IMG/VR virus record: IMGVR_UViG_3300017642_000092
Length of the DNA stretch: 64,000 nucleotides
From: an uncultured virus (IMG/VR IMGVR_UViG_3300017642_000092)
Taxonomy: Duplodnaviria > Heunggongvirae > Uroviricota > Caudoviricetes
Reading direction: 5' to 3' (one strand)
Shown here: piece after piece, positions 28,256 to 38,806 of the stretch
Position numbering within the stretch: position 1 is the first letter of the stretch
Layout: every line of letters starts with the position of its first letter
Program-made: the position numbers and the translations under genes
The notes under the pieces: generated by a model
Databases searched by the model: none
The model's input: only the letters and a program-made list of their open reading frames with translations
What the model was told of the DNA's origin: nothing

Positions 28256-29059
28256 TTATAGTTTTTGTGTGTAATCAAGTGAAATCCACCCGACGCGGCT
28301 TTTTTGGTAGGCTTTCAGCAGTCCCCACTTTGTAGCTCCTATGCCAGAAGCTTCCTCAACAATGGTGAACACGCCTTTACCAGTGTATTTGCCTTGAGAT
28401 CCATAGTTCATACCGGGACCTTTGCGGATGTTCAAATTAGTGATGCTTACGCGGACTCGGTACGGCTCAAAAGCGGATACAGAAGATTCTTCGGTGCCGG
28501 ATACCAACCCCGCTTTGACCTCGGCGCGGAAGGTGTCCATCGACTTGCCGTGTTTCGGGAACCAGTGCATAACATCACCGTGGTTGGACGCGATGCCCTG
28601 CTTGTAGCCCTCACAGTGGCAGATGATGTTTTTCTCCGTGAGCCCGTATTGCTTGCAGAGATACACGCAGAGCTCGACCGCCTCCTTGTAAACGGCAGAA
28701 AAATACGAGGCATCCGTCAGACCGTCCTCGCATATTTCAAAGCCAATATGTGTGTTGTTAGAGCTGCCGCCGCCATGCCAGCCGCGCATATTCCACGGCA
28801 GCGTCTGGTAAGTGGCGATGGAGCCATCCTTCAGCTTACCGATGAAAGCGTGAACACAGACCTGTCTGCCTCCGGGAGTAGCGGTGTTCCAGTGGTTGCC
28901 GTACTGGTTGACACCGAGCATACCGTCGTCGGGCCCTACATAGCGTTTCAGATTCGGATTGTTTGCGCCGGTCGAGTGTACCATGATGCCCTTCGGCACG
29001 ATGGTCTGTCCGGCTTTGTAGCAGTCGTTGTTTGTGAGTAGAAGTTTATGCAGGTTCAT
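28256..29059 (-). CDS. Endolysin: N-acetylmuramoyl-L-alanine amidase plus SH3-like domain
   Basis: IMVHST, HAFIG, GWHGG, IGFEICE and HGD. C-terminal LNIRKGPG...GWISLDY. Confidence 0.92.
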   Translation of the reverse strand: MNLHKLLLTNNDCYKAGQTIVPKGIMVHSTGANNPNLKRYVGPDDGMLGVNQYGNHWNTATPGGRQVCVHAFIGKLKDGSIATYQTLPWNMRGWHGGGSSNNTHIGFEICEDGLTDASYFSAVYKEAVELCVYLCKQYGLTEKNIICHCEGYKQGIASNHGDVMHWFPKHGKSMDTFRAEVKAGLVSGTEESSVSAFEPYRVRVSITNLNIRKGPGMNYGSQGKYTGKGVFTIVEEASGIGATKWGLLKAYQKSRVGWISLDYTQKL

Positions 29060-29473
29060 TTACTTGTCCTCCTTTTCGCTGCGGTCATGGAGCTGCTCCA
29101 AGACCTCCTTCAGCTTTGCCGGAATGGGCAGTCCCAAGTGTCCGGCGTTCTCCAGCATCGACACTCCCTCGTTGGAGAGATAAAAGAAGATGACTGCCGT
29201 GCGCAGGATACCGGCTTGACCCAGCACCTGCACGTCGATGATATTGCCGACGCCGACCATGACAAAAATGAGCACCTTCTTGAAGATGCCCCTGAAGCCA
29301 ACCGCGCTGGAGAGCTTTTTGTCTACCACGGCGCACATGACACCGGTGACGTAGTCGACGACCACGAAAGCAATCAGAGCATAGAGCAAGCCGTCACACC
29401 CTCCCAGAAACCAGCCGAGCCATCCGCCGATAGCGGCGAACACGAGCTGAATCACATTCCAAAATTCCTTCAT
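29060..29473 (-). CDS. Phage holin (Phage_holin_4_1 type)
   Basis: DYVTG, SSAVGFRGIFKK and NEGVSMLEN motifs with TM helices. Confidence 0.92.
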   Translation of the reverse strand: MKEFWNVIQLVFAAIGGWLGWFLGGCDGLLYALIAFVVVDYVTGVMCAVVDKKLSSAVGFRGIFKKVLIFVMVGVGNIIDVQVLGQAGILRTAVIFFYLSNEGVSMLENAGHLGLPIPAKLKEVLEQLHDRSEKEDK

Positions 29474-29547
29474 AATAAAATCCTCCTTGTTTATTGCATT
29501 AAAAAAGCAGCTGCCTGTGCCGGACAGCCGCCTTCCATCTGAGTTTG

Positions 29548-30948
29548 TTATGCTTCCTCCACCGTATAGGTGATTTTCATCGTCTTATCCGCCGTCTTGA
29601 TCACGGAGGTCGACAGATTGTTGATGCTCGCAAGATACGGCGTCACGAGAAACAGCGTCTTGTAAACGGAATAATTCGAGTAATAGCTATATCTCCCAAA
29701 GCTGATCGCATAGGGTCCGTACCGAAAGAATGGTGTGCAGACATAGTTGAGGCCGGTATAATTCTTCGTGCCGATTATGGTGTCGTCCGAGCAGATGTTG
29801 AAGTCCGAACCAAGAATCCGGTCGCCTATTTTATACATCTGAACGTAGCCGTAATTGTCGCCGCCGCTGAAGTTCGAGGTGAAGCCGAAGGGAATCAGGG
29901 TGATGTCGGCCGAATTATTGGCGTTAATCTTGTAAACTCCTTTTCTGTCGTACTTCAGCGCATAAAGATAACCGCCTCGCATAACCGACTGGACATTCCG
30001 GTATGGCTGGCCACCATAACCGCTGCGGTATCCAAGCTGGTATATCTGCGCGTTGGTAAGCGTCCACGTGCCCTCGGTAAAGGTAAAATCGGCCTTGCTG
30101 ATTTTGATCCACTTCACCGTCGCGTTGCCGGACGAATTGCCGCTGCCCATGAAGCCATACCAGTAACCGTCCTCACCATCGATGAAATCGTAATAGCCGT
30201 AGTTACTTGAGGCGGTGCTGTTAATGAACACGGTGGGATTGATGGTGTGCGTTTCCAGAAGTTCATCGCCGTTTTCCTGCAGATTGAAGTTCAGGCCGAT
30301 ATTGCAGAAGGACTTCCGCACTTTATTGATCAGGATCGCGTTTGATGTGTCCATGGAAATGCTGATAAAGTAGTTACCTTCAAAATTGACCTCCACGGCG
30401 TCCACATAGCGGTTCATAATGATTCCGCTTGATGTGATGCTTGGGCTCTTCATACGCAACAGGCGTTTTTCCGCGTCATAGGTATCGCCAAAATATCCGA
30501 CGCCACCCTGTTTGTGCGAGAGACAGACCGCCGAGATAGTTCCGTTGCCCTGACTGGTGGTGAAGTCCCAGACGAACTTATAGCCCTTGTCCGTTGCTTT
30601 CGACTCTGTAAGATTTAAACTCCCGCGCAGCACATTTGCCGTGGCATTGACGTCGTTGGAGGCGTAACCTATACACTGGTTGGAGGACGGCGCGTAGATC
30701 GTGTTCTCATCCTCCGTAATGGCATCCTGAAAAAGGAGGATGCCGCCGATGGTATTCGGACAGATGGGAAGAAAATAGTCGCTCCAGCTTACCGTACTGC
30801 TGCCCGCGACACAGAAAAGCATCCCTTCAATGTTGTTGCCGAACACTTGAGAGACGGCCGTGGTGACCATATTCGTATCCCGGAAGACTTCTTTCTTTCC
30901 GGTATGCACATCGGTCAGTTCTATTTTTGTAGTGCCTTTTAGCTTCAT
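29548..30948 (-). CDS. Putative tail/receptor-binding protein
   Basis: Last tail gene. WDFTTSQGNGTI and a C-terminal INNL..VIKTADKTMKITY motif. Confidence 0.65.
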   Translation of the reverse strand: MKLKGTTKIELTDVHTGKKEVFRDTNMVTTAVSQVFGNNIEGMLFCVAGSSTVSWSDYFLPICPNTIGGILLFQDAITEDENTIYAPSSNQCIGYASNDVNATANVLRGSLNLTESKATDKGYKFVWDFTTSQGNGTISAVCLSHKQGGVGYFGDTYDAEKRLLRMKSPSITSSGIIMNRYVDAVEVNFEGNYFISISMDTSNAILINKVRKSFCNIGLNFNLQENGDELLETHTINPTVFINSTASSNYGYYDFIDGEDGYWYGFMGSGNSSGNATVKWIKISKADFTFTEGTWTLTNAQIYQLGYRSGYGGQPYRNVQSVMRGGYLYALKYDRKGVYKINANNSADITLIPFGFTSNFSGGDNYGYVQMYKIGDRILGSDFNICSDDTIIGTKNYTGLNYVCTPFFRYGPYAISFGRYSYYSNYSVYKTLFLVTPYLASINNLSTSVIKTADKTMKITYTVEEA

Positions 30949-30960
30949 TTCTCAGACCTC

Positions 30961-32079
30961 CTAATTCAGGTAATCGACGACAATGCTGTTCACATAGCCG
31001 CCCTCTGCAAGCACAAAGCGGAACGTGTAATGGCCGGTGGTAGCTTTTAGCGCCCATGCGTCCGTGCCGATATTCGCGAGCGCGTCTTTGGTCATGCCCG
31101 ACTGCTCGTCGGAAAGGACCGCCCAGGCATTGTTCACATAGTTCCACCATGTCGTCCCATTGTCGAAGGATACGGCAAACAGCGTATTGTCGTCGGAATC
31201 GGCGGTGACCTTTTCAATACCGAGAATGGTGGAATCCGTCATATCCACATTCTCTGTGATCACCGTCTGTGAAAACGGCATCGCCGTCACATCCGCTTCC
31301 AGCACCGGCAGAGAGTCCTGCGAATCCTGCCAGTACAGAAGCGACGGATTTGTAAGCGGTAGAAGCAGTGAGCCGGGCGGCCTGTCGTCCACGCCGTGGG
31401 TTTCAAAGAGCGCCTTGCTGATTTCTCCCGGATTTTCAATTTCCGAAAGGGATAAAACCCCCGCTGCCGTGACAACCGTATAGATTTTTCCGTCCTTGTC
31501 GGCAATCAGGTACTTTCTGTAATAGGGCGCTTGAATATTGATCAGACCGGCTGCGGCGGTAAAATCCGTACCGTTGTCATTCGCATGCGTGAAGGTTTCC
31601 TGCAGTGTTTGCCCGGCTGTTACCATGAACGCCTTTGTGCCGCCCGTGCAAATTAACTGGTTCTTACCCAAATAGCTGGAATCAGTCGGCATATGGAGCA
31701 CATTCAGAAAGATATCTCCTGTGCTGAACAGATACACCTCATAGGTCAGACGTACACTGTCAGAGGTCGAGTTATACTGGGCATAGCCGTCCCACTTTAA
31801 CCGCAGGAACTTATAGTAGTTATAGAGGGTGCCTTCCTCGCGCCAGAAGTTCCAGAGCTTCGCGTCTCGCCGGCAAACCTGCAGCTGCTCGGCGCTTGTG
31901 CCAAACCCGAACCAGCTATTGCCGCTGACGTAGATGTTGCTCGCCATGACGCCATTGAACTTGAACCAGTCCACGCCGGTGAAAGTCAGCGTATCGTCGT
32001 CGTGTCCGACGTTATTCAAAAGCTGTGTCAGATTTTCGGTGGAAGCAAGGAGGGCTTCCATCCCGTTATAATCAGCCAT
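30961..32079 (-). CDS. Putative tail protein
   Basis: Position in the tail module and beta-rich composition. Confidence 0.6.
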   Translation of the reverse strand: MADYNGMEALLASTENLTQLLNNVGHDDDTLTFTGVDWFKFNGVMASNIYVSGNSWFGFGTSAEQLQVCRRDAKLWNFWREEGTLYNYYKFLRLKWDGYAQYNSTSDSVRLTYEVYLFSTGDIFLNVLHMPTDSSYLGKNQLICTGGTKAFMVTAGQTLQETFTHANDNGTDFTAAAGLINIQAPYYRKYLIADKDGKIYTVVTAAGVLSLSEIENPGEISKALFETHGVDDRPPGSLLLPLTNPSLLYWQDSQDSLPVLEADVTAMPFSQTVITENVDMTDSTILGIEKVTADSDDNTLFAVSFDNGTTWWNYVNNAWAVLSDEQSGMTKDALANIGTDAWALKATTGHYTFRFVLAEGGYVNSIVVDYLN

Positions 32080-34093
32080 TCTTAACCCCCAATCCAGTGA
32101 CACTGGCAAACTGCTCCGTGTTCACGGTCAGCCTGCACATGCGGCCCTCATCAATTGTGACTTCCGCGCTCTTATACGCATAGGCCGTCTGCAGTTCGAA
32201 CTTGTCCGTGACTTTCACATAAATTTCGGAGTAAGCCATTTTCCTCTTGTCCGCCACGTTGATGGTTTCGGTCACGACGACCGGATCGACTTTTGCCGTA
32301 TCCGTAAAGGCCGTGATGGAAAGGCCGCCCGCGCGGAACAGCGGCAGGCTGTCGAGGAAGGCGGCTGGTGTCGGAGTTATCAGTTCCGTGCTCACCGCCG
32401 CCGTATAGCCGACAGATTTCAAGCCGCTGAAGCGCACCAGCGCCGCCGTGTCGGAGAATTCCAAACGGCCATCCCAGACCTTGTTTGCGGAAAGTCCCTG
32501 ACCGCTGATGGTGGCGATAGCCTGTGCACGCCCGACCAAAGCGGAACCGCCGGTCATTTTCAGCCAGACCCGGAAGGTGTTGTAGGTATTTGCCGTAAGC
32601 CCGGAGAGCGGATAATAGAGATTCAGAATGTGCTTGCCGGATTTCCAGGTTTCTATCGGGTAGTAGGTCGTGAGTACATTGTCGTTGATGATGTAGGTGA
32701 CTTGAATCACCGCGTCGCCATCGTCCTGCCAAGAGAGCGTGAAGCTTTCGTCCTGTGTGGTCGCTGTACCACCTGAAGTTGATGCCGGGATTGTGATAGT
32801 GCCAGTTGCCTGACCGGTCTTTTCAACCGTATCCGCTTTGACCTCCAGCAGAATGGACGCGAAAAACTGCGCGTCGGTATCCTCATTAGAGGCAAACTCA
32901 ATGCTTACAATCTCCGTATCTGTGGAGCCTATCGTGTAGCGCGAAGCATTCAGGTAAGAATGGACGACGATCTTTCCGGCTTCGATTTGGTTCACAAGGC
33001 CGGTGATATTCTTGTCATTTTTGCTTTTGGCCTGCGCGAGGCGCGGATTTTTGCCGACACATTTCAGACTGTGCTTCCCGTTGACCTTAATGGTAATACT
33101 TGTGACAGCGGTGATCTGTTTTGCATCGGCCTGCCCCCCAGAGAAGGTGATCACGTCTCCGGGGTCGAATGCCGGATTGCCGATGGTTGTTGAATCAAAC
33201 GGCACATAGCGGATTACGGCGATGTCGTTCAAAATATTGGTGAGGAGTGTCTTTCGGGTTTCCGCAAGGCCAAACTGCAAAAGCGGATTGACGCCCAGAT
33301 TCATGGTCAGACCGTCATCTGGGTCGAGCGCGTAGTATTCCGCCGTCTTGGTGCGGACGTTCGTAGAGGAGACGGCCGTGTACCGGGTGATAAAATCCGA
33401 AAAGCTGCTGGAGAACCGCTGTGTGTCGGGTATATCCGCCACAGGGGTGTTTCCGTATTTCGTGAGCTTCAGCTTGCCGGTGCGGTCAATCTGGGCAAAA
33501 CAGCCGAGTACCTGGGCAATGTAGAAAATCAGGTCACGCCAGGACTCAATGTCGTTTTCCGTGTAGACACCGAGTACATACGAGCCGTTCGGCATGGCGG
33601 CAAGCTCCTCTTTCGTATTGGCCATTTCCACCTTGCAGGCTTCACAGGCAAGCAGAAGCAGATCATACGCCACGCCGTTGGTGACCTTTTCATCGAAATC
33701 GGCGTCGAAGCGGAGCATGTAATCATAGGCTTTGATTTCCAGGCATTTAATCGTCCGGTTCGCCTCGGAGATTTCAAAAATGCCCATCGGCACTTCTTCA
33801 TAGACACCGTTCCCAATGTCCAAATGGAAAGAAAGTGCGATGGTAGCTCCATTTAGGCTGTAACGGTCGATGTCGGTGAGCAGCGTGATGCCCAGTTCCG
33901 CCGCGTAGACGGTACCAAGTTCGATCTCGTTGCTGCCGCAGCACTGCCGTGTAACGTAGCCGGAGCCCTTCACGATGTCCTCATTTTCAAAAGGATATCC
34001 CGTGCCGTCCGCGAGCGTGATCTTCCCGGTCCAGTAGTAGCTGCGGGTGTTATCCTGTATGGCTTTTTTATACGCATCGCTTACCGCATACAT
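32072..34093 (-). CDS. Putative baseplate hub/tail tip protein
   Basis: Follows the Dit-like gene. IELGTVYAAEL, VPMGIF and AYDYMLRFD motifs. Confidence 0.65.
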   Translation of the reverse strand: MYAVSDAYKKAIQDNTRSYYWTGKITLADGTGYPFENEDIVKGSGYVTRQCCGSNEIELGTVYAAELGITLLTDIDRYSLNGATIALSFHLDIGNGVYEEVPMGIFEISEANRTIKCLEIKAYDYMLRFDADFDEKVTNGVAYDLLLLACEACKVEMANTKEELAAMPNGSYVLGVYTENDIESWRDLIFYIAQVLGCFAQIDRTGKLKLTKYGNTPVADIPDTQRFSSSFSDFITRYTAVSSTNVRTKTAEYYALDPDDGLTMNLGVNPLLQFGLAETRKTLLTNILNDIAVIRYVPFDSTTIGNPAFDPGDVITFSGGQADAKQITAVTSITIKVNGKHSLKCVGKNPRLAQAKSKNDKNITGLVNQIEAGKIVVHSYLNASRYTIGSTDTEIVSIEFASNEDTDAQFFASILLEVKADTVEKTGQATGTITIPASTSGGTATTQDESFTLSWQDDGDAVIQVTYIINDNVLTTYYPIETWKSGKHILNLYYPLSGLTANTYNTFRVWLKMTGGSALVGRAQAIATISGQGLSANKVWDGRLEFSDTAALVRFSGLKSVGYTAAVSTELITPTPAAFLDSLPLFRAGGLSITAFTDTAKVDPVVVTETINVADKRKMAYSEIYVKVTDKFELQTAYAYKSAEVTIDEGRMCRLTVNTEQFASVTGLGVKNG

Positions 34094-34109
34094 GGAATAA
34101 CACCTCCCG

Positions 34110-34472
34110 TCAGAATTCTTTCAGCGTAAATGAAACTTTCCACAGTCCCTTATAGGACGTGTCCTTCACAAGGCTGGTCTTGAAGCCGTCGATATACATA
34201 TCCCGCTCCTCGGCTTCGAGGGTGTATGGGTTGAAAAACTTCACTTTGATTTTTGCTTCCTTCCGGTATTCAGAGAGCTTCTTTAGCCATGCCGGAGAAA
34301 CGTTGAAGGAAACCGGGATGTTGACTACGCCGGATCGAATCACATCGCGCTGCGTAGTCCCGGCTTCCGTTTCGCCGCCCGCGTCCGACACGACGTCCGA
34401 AACTTCCACATCGTAGCTTTCCGGAAGCGGAATATCTGTGCCGTCAAAGTTCAGGTATTGAATGAATGCCAT
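34110..34472 (-). CDS. Putative distal tail protein
   Basis: Directly after the tape measure gene. GETEAGT..RD motif. Confidence 0.6.
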   Translation of the reverse strand: MAFIQYLNFDGTDIPLPESYDVEVSDVVSDAGGETEAGTTQRDVIRSGVVNIPVSFNVSPAWLKKLSEYRKEAKIKVKFFNPYTLEAEERDMYIDGFKTSLVKDTSYKGLWKVSFTLKEF

Positions 34473-34473
34473 G

Positions 34474-37293
34474 TTATCTGCCTCCCGACCGCAGGTTCTG
34501 CCTTGTCTGCGCGTTAACCACGACTTCGTCCAGCAGGGTCCCGCCAAGGTAGACCGGAATACTGATGTCGCCGGTACTTGAGCTCTTCAGGTCGGCCAGC
34601 GCCGACTGGATGCCGCTCAGGATATCTGCGACCGCGCCGGAGGATGCGCCACTCTGGGTAACGCCGGACAGCTCTGCCTGAGGCCGGAGTACCATGTCCC
34701 CGGCAACAGAGCTCATGGCATCGGATACGAGGCCCTTGCTTTTTTCAATGCCGGTGGCCAGTCCGGACATGAAATCCGGCATCCAGCTTTCATAATCCGC
34801 AAGAGGACCGACATCCGGCGCGGAGAAGTGCAGGAAGTCCTTGATGGTTTCGGCCACGTTAGATACCGCGTCTTTGACCTTGCCGATACAGCTTTTGATG
34901 CCGTCGATAATGCCGTTGATGATATCCGCGCCCCAATTCCATGCCGAGCTTGCCAGCCCTTTGATGAAGTCGACCGCATTGTCGAAGCCGGTCTTGATGG
35001 TGTTATAGATATTCCCGATGGTTGTACTGATACCGCTGGAGATGGAGCTCCAGATGGAGGAGATCGTGCCGCTGATCGCGTTCATAACGGAGGATACTGC
35101 GGAACTGATGGAGTTCCAGACGGAGGTCACCGTGTTTTTGATGCCGTTTACAATAGAAGAAACCGTCGTGCTGATGGCGTTCCATACTGTGGAGAATACC
35201 GTCTGAATCGCGTTGAGCACCGTTGTAATGGCTGCCTGGATTGCCGCCCATGCTGTGGTAAGAAACGTGCCGATCGCCGTCACCACAGTTGTCACCACTT
35301 GGCTGATCGCGTTCCAGATTGTCGTGAATACAACCTTGATGGCGTTGAGGATGGTTTCAATGATGGTTTTGTAAATTGTGAAGTAGGTCATGACAATCGT
35401 CTTTATAACTTCAAATATTGTGGTGAAGATCGTCACTATGCCATTCCACAGCGAGGAGAAAAAGCTGGCGATGCCGTTCCAGACCGTCTGGATCGTAGTG
35501 GTGATCGCCGTCCACGCGCCGGTGAGGAAATTGCCGATGGCGGTTACCACGGTCGTGAAGGTGTTGCTGATCGCTTGCCAGGCCGTAGAGAAGAAATCGC
35601 TGATGGCTCCCCAAATGGAGATTGCCGCAGCCTTGATGGTGTCCCAGTTTTTCACGACCAGAACGCCGATGGCAATAGCCGCCGCAACAATGGCAATCAC
35701 GATGCCGATTGGCCCGGTGAGCGCGGCAATCACGCCGCCCAGCGCCGGAAGCGCACCGGCAATCGCGCTGATTACGCCGCTGATCGCGCCCGCAGCGGAA
35801 ATAATGCTGCCGATGGCGCTGACCACTTTACCGATGATAATGAGTACCGGTCCGACAGCAGCCGCGATGAGAGCAATCTTGACTATCATGTCCTTCATGC
35901 CCGGTGAGAGGTTGGAGAACCACTGAGCGAAGGATTTTAACCCGGCAGCGACGCTTTGCAGAATTGGCGCGAGTGTATCGCCCAGCGCCTCTCCAACAGC
36001 GGCTCCGGCTTCCTTCAGCGAGTTCATTGCGGTGGTAGCCGAGTCGATGCCGTCCAGCGTTCCCTCATAGGTGTCGCTGACGGTTGTACTAAAGCTCGAA
36101 AGGTCGGTGGACAGACCGTCGAGGCTGATGCGGCCTTCCTTAGCGGCGGTGACAAAAGCAAGACCGCCCTTGGTGCCGAACAGCGAGTAGGCTTCCGTAG
36201 TGGCATCCGCTTCCGTACTGGAATCCTGCAGGCGCTTGATGAGGTCACCGAGACCTTCCTCCATGCTTTTGCCGTCTTTGGAATAGTTGGACGCGGCCTT
36301 TTTGAGCCCGGTCAGCATGGACGCGGAGTCAATACCGGCTTTCTCAAAGTTGCCCATGAGGGTGATGGACTCTCCGACGCCGAGGCCCATCTCCTTGAAG
36401 GTGGCCCCGTTCTGCTGCAGAAGATTGCTCAGATCGTCCACGCTGATGCCGGTTTTCTGGCTGACCGAGGTGAGCAGGCCGAGCACGTTTCCGGCTTCCG
36501 ACGCGCTCATCCCGAACTGAGACAGGATCATCTGCGTGTTGCCGATGGATGTGTTGACGTCGGTATTGTTGATGGAGGCAAACTCGATGAACTGCGTGGA
36601 GAGGTCCTGCAGGGCTTTGCCCGTCAGACCGAAGCGCGTATTGACTTCGCCCACGGCCGTGCCCGCTTCCGCGAAGGATGTCGGGATGGTGGTGGCGATA
36701 TCCTTGGCGATGTTCTCCATGGATTCGAGCGCTTCGCCCGTCGCGCCGGTCTTGGTGACAATGGTGTCCATGCCTTCGTCCACTTCGGAGAAAGCCGCGA
36801 GGGAGGCCGCGCCCACGGCGGCAATCGGGGCTGTTACGTTTTTCGTCATCGTTTCCCCGACACCACTGATCTTATCGCCGACTGCGGAAACCTTACTGCC
36901 TGCTTCTTTCAGCGTAGCGGAGATGGCGGAGTCAGTGTTCTTGGTCTGCGTTTCGAGGTTCTTCAGTTCTTCCTCGGTGGCAATAATCTCGCGTTTCCAA
37001 GCGTCGTACTGCTGCTGGGTGACGGAACCGTTTTTTAGGCCCTCATCCATCTGGTCCTGCACGGATTTCAGTTCGGTGAGTTTTCCTTTAGTTTCCTCAA
37101 CCGCCTGTGAGAGCAGGCGCTGCTTCTGAGAGAGCAGTTCCGCGTTAGATGGGTCGAGTTTCAGAAGGCTGTTGACGTCTTTGAGCTGGGCCTGCGTCGA
37201 CTTGATTTCTTTGTTGACGCCTGCGAGCGCCTTGGATAGTCCGGTGGTGTCGCCGCCGATCTCAACGGTGATGCCCTTAATTCTGTCAGCCAT
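34474..37293 (-). CDS. Tail tape measure protein
   Basis: MADRIKGITVEIGGDTTGL start, ~11-aa W/F periodic repeats and a TM region. Confidence 0.92.
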   Translation of the reverse strand: MADRIKGITVEIGGDTTGLSKALAGVNKEIKSTQAQLKDVNSLLKLDPSNAELLSQKQRLLSQAVEETKGKLTELKSVQDQMDEGLKNGSVTQQQYDAWKREIIATEEELKNLETQTKNTDSAISATLKEAGSKVSAVGDKISGVGETMTKNVTAPIAAVGAASLAAFSEVDEGMDTIVTKTGATGEALESMENIAKDIATTIPTSFAEAGTAVGEVNTRFGLTGKALQDLSTQFIEFASINNTDVNTSIGNTQMILSQFGMSASEAGNVLGLLTSVSQKTGISVDDLSNLLQQNGATFKEMGLGVGESITLMGNFEKAGIDSASMLTGLKKAASNYSKDGKSMEEGLGDLIKRLQDSSTEADATTEAYSLFGTKGGLAFVTAAKEGRISLDGLSTDLSSFSTTVSDTYEGTLDGIDSATTAMNSLKEAGAAVGEALGDTLAPILQSVAAGLKSFAQWFSNLSPGMKDMIVKIALIAAAVGPVLIIIGKVVSAIGSIISAAGAISGVISAIAGALPALGGVIAALTGPIGIVIAIVAAAIAIGVLVVKNWDTIKAAAISIWGAISDFFSTAWQAISNTFTTVVTAIGNFLTGAWTAITTTIQTVWNGIASFFSSLWNGIVTIFTTIFEVIKTIVMTYFTIYKTIIETILNAIKVVFTTIWNAISQVVTTVVTAIGTFLTTAWAAIQAAITTVLNAIQTVFSTVWNAISTTVSSIVNGIKNTVTSVWNSISSAVSSVMNAISGTISSIWSSISSGISTTIGNIYNTIKTGFDNAVDFIKGLASSAWNWGADIINGIIDGIKSCIGKVKDAVSNVAETIKDFLHFSAPDVGPLADYESWMPDFMSGLATGIEKSKGLVSDAMSSVAGDMVLRPQAELSGVTQSGASSGAVADILSGIQSALADLKSSSTGDISIPVYLGGTLLDEVVVNAQTRQNLRSGGR

Positions 37294-37355
37294 ATGCAGC
37301 CTCCTTCCTTTGAAATAACAAAAATGCCCCGCCTAAATAGCGAAGCATCCCTGCA

Positions 37356-37520
37356 TTAGAATCGGTTCATATCTTCCTGTGTGGCGAGAACCGGATATTT
37401 ATAGTCGTCGTTCCTGCTTTCTACATACATATCGTTGATCATGCCAATGGTCAAAAGCTCAAGGTCCTGCATTGACAAGCCGAGCTGTACGCAGCGAAGC
37501 AGGAACAACGCTGTCGTCAT
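37356..37520 (-). CDS. Tail assembly chaperone gpT segment (reached by -1 frameshift)
   Basis: MTTALFLLRCVQLGLS...ATQEDMNRF, in the -1 frame after the A AAA AAC site at 37541-37549. Confidence 0.75.
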   Translation of the reverse strand: MTTALFLLRCVQLGLSMQDLELLTIGMINDMYVESRNDDYKYPVLATQEDMNRF

Positions 37521-37894
37521 TTCGCGTTCAGTCGGGCGAAGTTTTTTTTAGACTCCGATTCCGTCTGCACGTTGAGACCCCACAGGTCGATGATTTGCGG
37601 CAGGATTTGATAGATGGAGAAGGTGTTAAACCCGTCCAACCAATCCTCTGGTGTGTCAGGCACCTCCGGATCGGCGTGTTTTGCCATCACATAGGCAATG
37701 TTCTCAAACATCTCAAGGCTCAGAAGATCCAGCCCTGAGTTGTCTTCGTCGTTAGCTTTGACGGATTTCTCCAGCGAGCGCAGGTCTTTGTAGATGTCCC
37801 GCTGGAACTTGATCCGGTAGATGCGTGGGATGGCTGCCGAGGCCCGGAATTTGACAGGCTTTCCATCGATCTCGATTGTTTTACAAAGGCTCAT
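37517..37894 (-). CDS. Tail assembly chaperone gpG
   Basis: Lies between the major tail and tape measure genes and ends in a SKKN slippery site. Confidence 0.8.
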   Translation of the reverse strand: MSLCKTIEIDGKPVKFRASAAIPRIYRIKFQRDIYKDLRSLEKSVKANDEDNSGLDLLSLEMFENIAYVMAKHADPEVPDTPEDWLDGFNTFSIYQILPQIIDLWGLNVQTESESKKNFARLNAK

Positions 37895-37907
37895 CGCTTA
37901 CACCTCC

Positions 37908-38486
37908 TCAACCATTGCCGGTAGCGGCCGCAGCGTTGGGCTGATAGACCGCGTCATACCAGGCGGTATAGACAGCGTCGGTGGTGTTGTCGCCAGTCTT
38001 GGCCTTCACATAGCCGCTGGCAAGCGGGCGGGCCTTGACAGAGAGCGTTTCGGTCTGCACTTCGCGGGACTCCTCGTTGGTCTTGGACTCGATCTTCGGG
38101 CGGGACGCCGAACAGTTGTACAAGACGTGGCGAATCTTCTTGACGTCGCCGTCGAACTCAAAGAGCAGGGCGAAAGCACCGGTTTCAGAGTTAGCGTCCT
38201 CGACCAGAACCTTGTTGCTGTCGGCGGTTTCCTTCAAAATGTCCGTGCGGAAACTCTCCGGGATCATGGCAAGCTCCAGATCGCCGTCATAACCCATGTT
38301 GTTGTTGATGGTGTAATACTCGATGCCGTCCGCATAAAAACTCTCCGGTTCGCCGTTCGGGTCGAGCGAGAGGGATACCGCGCCGGGCATCGCCACAGGA
38401 GTGGCAAACGTAACGGCTCCATCCGTGCCGATGGTGATCGGCGCATAATGGACGTTGCAGATATTGAATTTTACTTTGTTGCCCAT
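37908..38486 (-). CDS. Major tail protein (phi13 family)
   Basis: NKVKFNICNVHYA, FYADG and FALLFEFDGD motifs. Confidence 0.9.
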   Translation of the reverse strand: MGNKVKFNICNVHYAPITIGTDGAVTFATPVAMPGAVSLSLDPNGEPESFYADGIEYYTINNNMGYDGDLELAMIPESFRTDILKETADSNKVLVEDANSETGAFALLFEFDGDVKKIRHVLYNCSASRPKIESKTNEESREVQTETLSVKARPLASGYVKAKTGDNTTDAVYTAWYDAVYQPNAAAATGNG

Positions 38487-38488
38487 AT

Positions 38489-38806
38489 TCAAACCTCCAT
38501 TTGATAGAGCACTTCGTACAGCTTCTCAGAGGGAATCCATACTTCGCTCTTGGCATAAAAAATGCCGTGGCTGTCAAGCACGGCTTCTACGGTTTCTTCT
38601 GTTTCAGGGGACTTCTCGTCGGTGTAGAGTTCGAAATCCAGACGGTTCATTTTGAAATAGGCCGTACCGTCAGCGGCAAAGTTGTCGGCGGAGGGATAGC
38701 GGAAAACCAGAAACGGCGGTTCCGGGCTTTCGCCTTCCGCGAAGTGGTCGTAGGCGACCGGCAGCTTTGTTTCAGCCGCCATTGCCAGAACTTCCTTATG
38801 CGTCAT
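38489..38806 (-). CDS. Tail terminator/completion protein
   Basis: AYDHF, NFAADG and ELYTD motifs, plus position. Confidence 0.75.
   Translation of the reverse strand: MTHKEVLAMAAETKLPVAYDHFAEGESPEPPFLVFRYPSADNFAADGTAYFKMNRLDFELYTDEKSPETEETVEAVLDSHGIFYAKSEVWIPSEKLYEVLYQMEV

Noticed and set aside
29548..34093. Possible diversity-generating retroelement target in the tail genes
   Set aside because: No reverse transcriptase and no TR/VR repeat pair were noticed in the window.
34900..35650. Periodic repeats in the tape measure gene
   Set aside because: Ordinary ~11-aa W/F protein repeats of tape measure proteins, not a DNA array.
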